From NCBI GenBank assembly GCA_907165135.1, contig OU015569.1, positions 5,022,001 through 5,086,000 of the forward strand: a stretch of DNA of 64,000 nt, read 5' to 3'. The notes below the pieces were generated by a model that was not told where the DNA came from, did no database searches, and was given only the letters and a program-made list of their open reading frames with translations. Positions 49,649-60,553 of the stretch are shown one piece after another. Each line of letters opens with the position of its first letter. Positions within the stretch are counted from its first letter, which is position 1. The stretch is from Oikopleura dioica. Lineage: Eukaryota; Animalia; Chordata. Made by a program: the position numbers and the translations under genes.

Positions 49649-52416
49649 TTATCGGCCAGCGAGCGTACATGAGTCGCCCGTCGTTCCAAATCGATCGTTC
49701 TCGACCATATTGAATACTATACACGAATTTATGCTATAATTATGTCGCCTTGTGCTTGTTACCTGAGCGCGTAAAAATGCGGCGGAGCGGTAACACAGCT
49801 CTATTTCTGCAGTATCGACAGCGTCGGCAAGATCGACGCCCATGCAGTTCACCTTTTCGACGCATGGGCTGAGATCGTCGCGCGTAAAGAGCGGGATCAG
49901 TCCGTCGAACTCGGCCTTCCAGACGCTCGTCAGCGTTGTAAAAATCTTTTCGTGCATATCAGGATTCGTGGAAACATAGACACCTTTCAGCTTCTTCTTT
50001 TGATTATACTGCTTTACATAATTCGTTAAGCCTGAAATGTTATAGTTAAAAAACGTCGGAGAGAGAAGATTCGGACCTCGAATAGCTTCTGTGCTATTGC
50101 TAGTCAGCTTGCAGAAAAAGTCATCCTTCTTTTTCTCGCAGCTGTCCGAAAAGTCTTTCTCGAAATCCCATCGAATCGCCAAATAGTTGCTTTTGTCGAG
50201 ACTATTCAGCTCGAAGAAGTCGTTCACTATCTGGTGGATGTACTTGGGTCGCTTCGTGTACTTGATGATGTCCTCGAGATAAGCGTAAACGAGTGCGCCA
50301 GTTTTTTATGCGTACCTTGAGCCATTTTCCCTCGGGTGGCGACGCGCGGGTCAAGAACGGAATGAGCAGTTTCTTCTCGCTCTCAATAAAATTAATGTAT
50401 GGATAGAGCCACAAGGTGCACGTGTCCGACGCCACGGGAAATTGCTGCTGCACATCCTCGACCTTGGGCTGCAGCTTCACCATTTTCTCCGTGAAGCCGG
50501 GCGGGCTCAGCTTCACGCCGTCCGCCAGCGTGCAATCCTCGTCGGTGTAAATCGGATCAAAGCTCAGCCGCTGCTCCAGCTCCGCGATGCGCTTCCTCGT
50601 GTATTTGGAGCAAATGTTTTGGCCCAGCATAACCGACGTAAACTGCTTTCTAAATATTAAACTAAGCCGAGGGAACCTGATTTGATATAGTTAAATATAC
50701 GGCTCGTTCTCAGACCCGGATAATCCAAAATAGAATAAAACACCAAAATGCACGTAAAATGTTACTTAATCAACTGTGTGTTAATCAAAATAGTGAAAAT
50801 ACTGAAAATATTACCCGCATTTAGCTATAACATCTTCCAGCGAGCAGACATTGACTAGTTTCGAAAGCTCGTCAACGTCTATTCGAGCGCCAGCGGGAAG
50901 TCCCTCTCCCACCATCTTAAATGATTCATAAACTCCTTGTTAATGCTGCTAATAGAACCTTAAACGCGCTTGGACTGCGCTCGCGCCAAAAAGGGGGAAC
51001 GCAGACTGTCCTGTTCATGAAAAAGCCCATTAGTAGGGATTCACGGAAGCCGCGAATCTGCTCGGCTGGTCCCCACGGCAGCACAGGAATCAACAGCTTG
51101 CTTTTGTCCATCTCGTACATTGGGTTCGGCGGGTTGGCAGAGGATCTGGCGTGCGTTAGAGATATGCGCGCGGTATTTATAAAACTGATAACTAAATGAG
51201 CGAGCCCGTGATAGCAAAGTGGTAACGCTGCCTAAGTACATGACACTTCTCGGGCGAGACTGACTGTAATGAGGGAATGTCGAAAAAGATAGATGACAGC
51301 TTCGAGCGGAATCACAAAAATTCTATCCAAAATTTAAGAGTTTCGTTATGACTCAGATTCGCTCGAAAAAAGTTCAAAGACGGAAATTAACACGTGAAAG
51401 CGCAACGTCTTAGGATTGAACGTCGCGTCCACTCCATCTAGCCGTCGGATTTAATGCGAATCTGAGCTCAATTTACTTGATTTCACGTTGTGGCTGGCGC
51501 ACGGTGAAGAGCGAAAGAAATGTGCCGAATTTGTGATTCCGTAACAGTGAGGATGCTGGCTTTGGAAAGAGGTTTGGCGCCTGCTCCTGGTTGGGCAACC
51601 CTTGGACAGGATCAGCCGCGTTTGCGAGATCTTGAGTTTGAGGAACTTGCGGAGCGACTGGAGGAATTTCCGGGACGGCTGGGAGAACTTCTGGTTGTGC
51701 GGGGGGTGGATTCTGAATGACTTCACTCGCTAAGTCGAGAGGTTTTGGACTTTCTAAACGGATGGCATTTAAATTCGCTCCTTGATCTGGTTCTCCCAGT
51801 TGTTGCGGGACCAGTGGCGAATCTTTTTGTTGAACAACTCCCACAGTTAATTCAGGAGCTTGCGCTGGAGATTCAACAGCTTCCTCTTTGACAGGAGCTA
51901 AGCTTGGCTGGAGGTTGATTTCATTCGTTTCTAATACATTTGGCAATTCCGGAAGCTGAACGAGATTGTTCAAGGGCTGCTGATTAGTTAATGGGAACTG
52001 GAAGGGATTTTGCTGCTCTTCGTAGGCAAATGGGTTCTCCAAGTTCTTGCCGAACTGCTGCTCAACAAATTGCTGTAGCTGAGATGTAGCGCCTTGTAAC
52101 GGATACGATCGTTTCATCTGCATTAGAACGCTAGAATCAGCGCTTTTGCGGCCTCTGTGGAGTCCATATCTATCAATGTCGTCGTTTTCAACAAATAGAA
52201 AGTAAAAATGCTCACCTGTGTAGAAGATAAACCTGGGAGAATACCACAATTAGAATAAGAAGATTGTGGAGCAGGCTCGACCCTAAATGAATGTTTACGG
52301 GCGCTGTGGCGGGTGTAAATTTGAAAACCCCTAATTGGAGTAATGCTAGAGTCCGATAAAAATGCGCTGCTGTTTTTACAAAATTGATTTAAGCGTTATC
52401 TGATCATTTGATACAT
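49649..52416 (-). CDS. Type II membrane O-fucosyltransferase-family (POFUT-like GT-B) protein with a long P/Q-rich stem
   Basis: TM LLHNLLILIVVFSQVYLL; LIPVLPWGPAEQIRGFRESLLMGFFMNRTVCVPPFW; RIDVDELSKLV; YLAIRWDFE; VYVSTN; EIELCYRSAAFL; first intron GA-AG (52283-52400). Confidence 0.7.
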
Positions 52417-52924
52417 GGCAGGCGCCGGTCTAGTTCTCCGGGGAGGAGAGGCTCAAGCCACTTTCTTATCAATTACGACAACGAAACGCCATCGAATATT
52501 AAAATCTATGCATTGTTTTTTACCCTTTTGGCGGTGACTGTAGCAGCATAAAATCGCGATTTTCCATTTCAAAGAGCGCCAGCAAGTCGATCTGTTTTCG
52601 CCTTTCTTACTTTAATTTTTGCTTTATTTTCTGTTAAAAATTTCAGTTCGATTTCGTACCTGTGCTTTTTGAAGACTTTGGGTGGTTTGAGTTGCGAGTT
52701 TGCCATTCTAGCTTTCTCTTCATTTTGAACGGAACATTTTTCTTTAATCCTCAGAATTTTCTCTTTGCTTCGTTATTGCTGTGTGTTTCTCTATTTTACT
52801 GATGCAACCTTCTGTTTCTATTTCAATTTGCACGTTAACTCTATTTTTGTTTCAAACAAGCTCCATTTTACGTGTGTTTTATATGCAACCAAGTGAGATG
52901 CGAAAAATCGGTCCAAAGTCGGAA

Positions 52925-53150
52925 TAGTGTGGAGGAGGGCTGGCGCAGGCAGCGCGGTCCGGTGTGGTGCCACAGTGTTGGTGGTAACCACTGCACCTCC
53001 ACCGGCTACTAGACAGGGAGGAGGCGCAAGGCCCGCGCCCTATCGCGCCCATTGTTCGGGACTATGGTTGGCAAAAAGCCGCGTAAAGAGCGCGAGTACT
53101 AGACACGGAACACGGCAAAAAGTAGAATCGCCGTCGGTGATGACGCCCTT
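52925..53150. other. GC-rich structured intergenic island with a strong hairpin
   Basis: CCGGTG...CAGTG-loop-CACTG...CACCGG hairpin at 52959-53005; direct repeats TACTAGACA and GGCAAAAAG; AT-rich flanks. Confidence 0.35.
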
Positions 53151-54055
53151 CACTGTGCAGAATCAAATTTCCGCTGAAATAATACAAGTCCTCAACAGCC
53201 GACACCAAAGTCTGCTGAGTACTTTTGCGATTTTCTCATTAATTAGAATTTTCCTCTTTCTCTAGCGAATTCTTGATCACCTTCTAAAGCCTAGCCTTTG
53301 CTTCAAATATAACCTAAAATAAACTTTTCTCGCGATAACACTAAGCTCTTCCAACGATAACAAAGTGCATTATTTATTCTATGCAAGGTTAAGTCGTTTA
53401 AATTCAAGTGTCGAAGCAATTTGTTAGACTTCTTTATCTTTATTTCTTTCTTTAATGCGTTCGGATCGGAATCCTTTCCAGATTTTGGATATTTTTCTAG
53501 CGCTCTAAATCTTATTTCACGAGTGAAGCTTGAACGGAGAGTAGAACTTATTTGAAAATAAAGCATGTGCTGATGCAGCTGTGTTGGGCTTTTCAATAAT
53601 GCGAGAAAATCGCACTCTTTCAATCACCAGAAAAGCCTCTATGGCACAAGAAAAGTGGCTAACTAAGCCTTCATTTTCATAACAAACGTTTAACGGTACT
53701 TCCGCACGAAGAGCCACTCTAGCAAACGACATAATAACCGGCGGGTCGAGATCCGTATTAGAAGTACCCGCCCCATGATGAAAAGAAGCTCATCAATCAA
53801 GAAGCACTTCCCCAAGTTTGAGAAACTTGAATAATCTAGACCTTGCTCGGTAATTGGAAGTCTCTTCGCATCCAAGTATTCAATTCTAATGTCCTGAAGT
53901 TATTAATATGCAATAGGTTTTTATATTTATTCCAGTATGACGGTGAAAAGAGAGTGGCAGAGGTTTGTGCGGTGTGTTTTGGTTCAATTAAAGATGTTCC
54001 AATGAAAAAGATAAAGAGAGAAAAATTAATTAGGCAATTGTAAGGTCAGCTGATT

Positions 54056-55425
54056 TCAGTAGTGGTAATGTCGCGCGTGGTTGCGGACTTGTTCTTCTTT
54101 CTTCTTGAGTGTCTCCTTGTTCTTTGCGAGGACCTCTTCCATCCTACGCAACTTGTCCTGCAAGTAGCCAAGGCATGAGTTCTTGTGATTTTCCTTTATC
54201 TTTTCAAGCTTTACTCAGCAGTTATTTCAAATTTGGTTTGCATAAATATAAAGCTCTTTGCCTGGAACGATTGATCGCAGAATCGGCACTCGACGATACC
54301 TTCGCAGACTTTCAAGTGCTCCAGTCGTGTTTGGTAGTTGAAGGTCTTCTACAAAATTGATTCTACTAGCAGCAGAGCTCAAAAGAACTTACAGAGCATT
54401 GATCAGCGGTGCATTTGACCATCATCCCCTTGAAGCAGGTGTCGAACAGCTCACATGGAGGAATAAGTCGGTCTATCAAGAGTCATAATACTCCTCCTCA
54501 CAAGCTTAAGCAATTTAATGTGAGAAGGAAGATTATTCACTCTTTCTTTGGAAGAGTCAGCGTTGCAATAAGGGCATTTAAACTTGGAGCCACTCTTGCA
54601 CAGTTTCTCGATGCAACCAGTGCAAAACAGCTGTCGGCAACATTCGGACTCCGTTGGATTTTGGAAGAAATCCATGCAGATGGGACATGTGAAGTCGTTC
54701 TCAGAAATGTCGATCGCATGCGCCACTGGCTCCCATCGAGGCGTCTTCAGGAGATCTTCCTCCTTGATTGCAGTCTTTCTTTGACTTAGAGTCAGTCCGT
54801 CTTGAAAATAGGTAAATGCTAGTTACAATTGACGAATGTACCAAATCCAACTGGTGAAGGAGTAGAGCGACTGTCAGAGTAATCAAGCTCGTCCACTCGG
54901 ATTTTTCCTTGATTTTACTTAAAATAAGCTCTGAAAAATGTGTGCATACCTGATCCAAATAGACTGGCATCTTCTTCGGAGGAGGAGTTTTTATAACCGT
55001 CCTCTGAAGAACCAACAGAACAATAACTGCTCCGATCAGATGAGTCAGATCGAAAACCCACAAAACCGTCTTCATTATAACTATCATCATCCACATAGGG
55101 ACTAGGACTCGCTGAAAGATTTTAATGAGTAGTATTCTACCATAACTATAGTCAAAAGGAAATAACTTCGGCTTCTATCATTTCAAGGCGCAAGTAAAAA
55201 TAAATAATTTTAATAGCGGTATATACCGCACTTACGAGAGCCACTAGAAGCAACAGAGCTAGGAGGACTGATGCAAGGATTTTCATGTCTCTGTCCTTGT
55301 CCTTCTGCTATCAACTCGCCCGTAGAAGCCCCTGACGAATGACTGTAGGAGATGGAGATGTCCGACTCAGAGTCAGTCTCACGCTCATGGTAGCAGTCAA
55401 ACCCGCCATAGCATCGTCGCAGCAT
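54056..55425 (-). CDS. RING-finger protein with TRAF/C2HC-type zinc fingers, coiled coil and S/D-rich N-terminus
   Basis: CPICMDFFQNPTESECCRQLFCTGCIEKL...CPYC; C...C...RLEHLKVCEGIVECRFC; LQDKLRRMEEVLAKNKETLKKKEE; no MATH domain seen. Confidence 0.75.
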
Positions 55426-56700
55426 TTTCTTCGCTTTTCAATTTTTCGTTTTCTTCAAAAAAGTCAAAATTGTATAATGACCAAGTTGAGGCTTCCCCAT
55501 GGTTTAAATAGGCCCTGTCGAAGATTCTGGAGTTATCGGACAGATTTTGAGTCATTTAGGAGCACGAGCCAAGTTATCCGGCTTAATTTTGAAAAATCTG
55601 AAGCTTTCATGAACGGAATCGAGGGATTTCGAGCGGTTGGAGATTGTCAAGTCTGATCAAAATGTACTCCAAGGAATTCAGCGAGGATATTCTGTGGTTG
55701 ATGGAAGACATTATTGAGTCGCCGCTTTCCCACTTCCGGAGTGTAGCTGCTTATCCGTCAATAGATAAAGTGTTTGTCTTTGAGCTTTATCTGTGACACG
55801 CTATCGTTGCGAGCGAGTGACCAAAAGCGATCTGGAAGCAATTCAAGAAAAACTAATCAGCCCTATAAAATTCACATTCGCCGCGCATTCTAGTCTCAAA
55901 ATGTAAAAAAAAGAAAGAATCATCACATATGTAAACCACAAATTCAGAGACCGAGAAGATTAAAAATCCTTATCGCTTCAAAGTACGTAGCTTTAGCAGC
56001 TTTGATTCTTTGTGTTTGCCTGCCAAGGTGTATTAGTAGACTAGTAGATTATTTAAAATAATATTGATTACGGGCTAAAAAGTACAGTAACGCCGCTAGA
56101 GACTGCGCGACGCCCCGACAAAGATTACCATGTCAAAATCGTTTCAGAATGACGGAAGAAGAATGTACCCGTGTTTTTGAAAAGTCATTTCGAAAAGAGC
56201 TGATTTTCAAAAATGAAAAAAAGCAGTTGAGCTTGGCGCGCCCGCCGAACTCGCTCTCCTTTTCAAATTTGCCCAAGAATGTTAAAAAAAGCGGCAAATG
56301 GTGACTAAATCAAACGGCTTTCTTTGGTATTTCTACGTTTTAGATTTTGTTTGACTGTTATTATATTGCTCTTACAGATCGATTCGAACACAACGTTGCA
56401 TAAAAATGATTATAAATTATAATCATCATTAAAAGTCTGAATAGATTAGCTGAGCTTTAAAGTGCCTCCGTAAGAAAATTTTAAAACTGATCACAATCAA
56501 TAACAAATTGCTCTGTTATTAATAAATATTTGTTCACGCTCTATATCTAAATTGATGACAATCGGAGGTAGAAATTCCAAATGAAGCGAGCCGTGGAAAT
56601 ATCAGATTCTTGCTAGTTTGTGGAGAAATTCACTTCTATTTGTTTTGATACTGTAATGAGCTTTATTAGTATTTATGCAGTAATCAGTAAGAAACTCATG

Positions 56701-56895
56701 GAACCTGTGTTTAAAACCTGAGTCAGGGCTAGGAAGATCCCTAATGTAAGGCCGCTTTTTTTTAATGAAACCGCAAGGCGGCTTCACGAAATTATCCTTC
56801 CAAGCTATTTCTAAATTACAGTCATGCCGCCTCGCGGCTTTTCATTAGATCTTCCACGCCCCGACATGCTTTCAGGTTTTCTTACGCCCAGGTTT
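56701..56895. mobile_element. Degenerate hAT MITE copy
   Basis: AACCTGTGT..AAAACCTGAGTCAGGG and AAACCGCAAGGCGGCTTC motifs as in copies 1 and 2. Confidence 0.5.
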
Positions 56896-57749
56896 GAGCT
56901 GCCAAATGAGTGAGATATTATTGAAGTGAGACGCATTCTTTGGATACATTCATCGGCGCTGCGTTCTCGGCGAGTGGGGGTGCGAGAGCGGCGTCTTTTG
57001 GGGGGAGGGAGTCTCCGTCCGTTCATCGAGCCCGATCGAGCTCTTCTAGCTTGCTCTAATTAGGAGTCACGTGGCACTTTGTCCGAAGTGACGCTTTTCG
57101 CCTGGCTCTCGGCAGTTTCTCGATTTTGGTTCGTTCTGGCGGGGTCCAGGCTGCCTAACCCTGAGACGCACGTCAGCAGAGAGAATCAGAGAATCAAGAA
57201 CGCCCGGCCCAGGAACACCTCGACCGTCAGCCCGAACTGTAAGTACAAGAGTAACACCCTGCGCAATCCCAGGCAGCTCGAGGAGACGAGAACTAGGCAA
57301 TAATTATTGAGGAAATGAGGCTTTTTTGAGTTTGGCGGCACGCCCCGTGAATGGAAAAACGGCCGAATCAAATCGAGCACAGCAATTAGAAATTTATTTT
57401 CCTCAAATTCAGAATTAGGAATTTCAATTTTTCACAATGTTAGAAAGTGTTTGTTTATCTTGAATAAGAAAATCGGAAATTCTGAAAGAAGAATTTTGAA
57501 AGTGCAAATAACGGAATGAATATTTCATTAGTTTTTCTTAATGTGTTTTTTTATTCTTTATTTATTTTTTTCCTCATTTTTAAAATTTACAGGTAGAATT
57601 TATTAAAACAGATGTTTATTAATTTTTAAGCGGGAGTATTTTAATTATGTGTTTATTTATTTCAGAAATTTAAAAACTATTTTGTAAATTGAAAATATCT
57701 ATATTTTATATACAATATTGTTTATATACAATATTATAAATAATAAAAT

Positions 57750-58050
57750 TCCGGATCGCGAAAAATTCAAAACGCGCAAAAAGGCCTACAGACACGTTTT
57801 TCATAATTTTCCCAGCCACGGTCTCTCAGTTTTTGCGTAAAAAGCGTCGCGCTTTCGTAATTATTCGCCCGAATTCAAGTTCAAGGGCGAGTTTAATTCT
57901 TGGCGGCATTTGCTTACTACGCTCGTGGTGCGTCTGGGCCGGCGGCGGCCAATCAGCGCCGGGCTCCATTCATGGGAGCGCCCTTTCCAGTGCCGGCCAA
58001 TCAGCGCGCTGCTGGCGGACTTAAAGCGCGCAATTCGAATTGCGCACTTT
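57750..58050. promoter_or_regulatory. GC-rich promoter-like region with twin CCAAT boxes
   Basis: GGCCAATCAGCG occurs twice (about 57948 and 57995) in a CpG-rich patch; E2F-like CGCGAAAA near 57757; target gene not determined. Confidence 0.45.
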
Positions 58051-59112
58051 GTTATTCTCCACTAAAACCAGCTCAATATTTTTCTAAGGGGCTCGTGTTG
58101 AATGCGCCCCAACGCGCGGCCTCCACCACACTCATCGCTACAGCCACCCTTTTTACTATAAAAATACACTTAGAATTTTTTGTCTTAAAAAATCTGAAAT
58201 CAACGAAGAAAATCTAGATATTTTCATCAGGAATCGATACCGCGCAGAATGTAAGTCCAAATAAACTAGCTCTGATCAACAGATAAACGCAATTGAATGA
58301 ATAAAAAGATCATTTTTAAAAAATGGAGTCAATTGTAATTATGTTAATTATCATCTTATTTTGAGGTCAGCTCGTAATTATTTTGGAAAACCGTTTCTTT
58401 TCTTCTTCATCATTTTCAAAAGCTCTCAACTTATCATCGATTCCTAGCTTTGAAGTCTTTGGAACCAAAGTTCTAGGGCGCCAGTTTTTTACTGATAAGG
58501 ATGGACAGTATCTAATAAAGTAAAGCCCGAGGCCCAGGCGGTGCTCGATCATTTTTTTCGGCTCTTGAATTTCGGCTTAATTTCTTTAATTTCGCGTGTT
58601 TTATTGTTTCTTGGAAGCGGTATATAATCCAACTATCAGGGGTGTAAAGATATAGAATCTATATTGAAATCGCGCGTTGAGACTCGCCAATTTTCAACAA
58701 GAAAAAGAGAGAGCCCGGGCGAAAATAGAGTTTACATTTTTAGCAGGAGCGAAAATTAAACGTTGTTCTTGGCTTGGTATTTATTTGGTCTCTGGGACGG
58801 AAGTTGCCCGCGGAACAGCGATTCACTCTTTTCTTTTCTTTCTTCTTTAGGTTAAATTTAAGCCCCTAAAATTTGACATTTATAACTTTTAAGGCCGCTC
58901 TTTTAGGGATACGTTTTTTGAGAATCGTAAATTTAAATCTTTGGGTGGGAAATTGACAATTGGGCGACTCACTCTTCTGTTTCGTAAAGACACTTTTTCA
59001 AGCGCGTTTTTAGGAGCGCAAGATTGGAGGAAGGAAAAGATTTGTTTGCTAGTAGGGATTAAATAATCTGGTAAATTCGATCTGCCGATTCTGAACGGCT
59101 TTTTCCACGTAG

Positions 59113-59500
59113 TTTGGTCGAGACCGGGACCAACCTTTCCACGTTCGATACGTCGCTCCCCGCGGCACAATTCGAGAAATTCGAAAGAGACTCTCTCCTA
59201 CTAGAATACCAGCCAGACCTCGAGAAATTTATTTCCTATTACTACGGAGCGGCTAATGAAGAGCTGCTACGTTTGTCAATGTAAGTCCTTGAAGCGGAAG
59301 CTTCGAAAAGAGAAAACAGCTGCTTTTTCTTTGATTGAATATCACTCCGAACTCAGCGTGAGACTCCAAAGGAGTTGATAGATTGTCGATGCAAATCTAT
59401 GGGAGCAGTCTTTTTAGGTTCCCACTATGACGACTTAGCCCTTGCGAAGTCGCATATTCCCATGGATATTCCTACTCGCTTTCTCAAATTCGAAACATGA
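59113..59500 (+). CDS. Possible exons of a small unidentified gene
   Basis: Open exon LVETGTNLSTFDTSLPAAQFEKFERDSLLLEYQPDLEKFISYYYGAANEELLRLS ending in GTAAGT. Confidence 0.3.
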
Positions 59501-60468
59501 CGTATTGAATCGAGTCGATTCTTTTTCAATAAAACTATATTTGAAGACATATACTATATATGATATATAGGCCCTATATGACTTTAATATTATTTCAGTA
59601 TAACAAAAGGAATATTATTAATTTCACTTATATTTTGCAAATAATATTCCTTCCGTTTGTTTGTTTATTTTTTGTTTGAAGCGGTAATCTGCACAGTTAC
59701 ATACTGGCTAATGCTTCGGGGACTTGACGCCCCGATGCCAAATGTCCATAGTAACACCTAAAGTCTCCATAAGCCCAGCGCACAAAAAAAGGCAGAGAGT
59801 TCTTAATCAAAAACACAATCGGTATTTTTTGCCTTCTTTTCTAATAGGCTTTATTTTTAGATAGCTGCTAGCTGACGCCGGAGCCAAACTGGGTGCCTTA
59901 TGTCTGGACGGCGATCTGGGTAAGTCGTGGCTTTTCGTAGCGCCTTGTCATCTCGTACGGGCCATCTTGTTAGAAAACTGATCGACATGTCTGTCCGGAA
60001 TTCAAGTTTTAATGATATACAGGGCGCTTCCTGGCCCTCTCTACTTAGAATTAACTTTCTCGATTTCTCCATTTTCGACTAACGATAAAGATATCACACG
60101 TGGCAGGGCGGAGGAAACCGGAATCTGGTTTCACTTGCGTGAAATGCTACTACTGCAACAGGCCGAGCATTTAGAGCCGGTAATCTGGACCGGTTTCGGC
60201 GAGGGTGTGAGTTTCATTTCATTCTCACACCCGACTTTTCGAATTTAGTAATTAGAGGATAAGTATTATCGGCTTAACTTGACTGTTACAGTCATTATCT
60301 GTTCACAGGATGCTCGCAATTGATCATTTTCGGAAGAGATCAATATGATATTGACAATAGAATGATTTTTTGCCGATCACTGTTCCGCTCTACACAAAAA
60401 TTTTACGCTCCGATTATGTCGTTTTAATCCGGAAGAGATTTTTAAGAATCGTCCCTTCCGGTCGCGTT

Positions 60469-60476
60469 TTTGGCGC
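60469..60476 (+). promoter_or_regulatory. E2F site upstream of cyclin E
   Basis: TTTGGCGC (TTTSSCGC consensus) about 80 bp upstream of the first ATG; cyclin E is a known E2F target. Confidence 0.5.
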
Positions 60477-60553
60477 ACCGAATCAATGCGTTATTACTTA
60501 ATAACGCTTCATAAACGCTGTTCAATTAATCATCGTCTTGACAGTAGCGAACA

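Noticed and set aside
49649-52416. Calling this gene POFUT1 (a Notch-pathway cluster with RBPJ)
   Set aside because: It lacks the POFUT1 CPCMGRFGNQ motif and has a type II anchor with a long stem; only family-level similarity is supported.
56811-57380. SR-like or other short ORFs
   Set aside because: Overlapping frames on both strands, partly within a MITE; a GTAAGT donor near 57239 hints at an exon, but no coherent model could be built.
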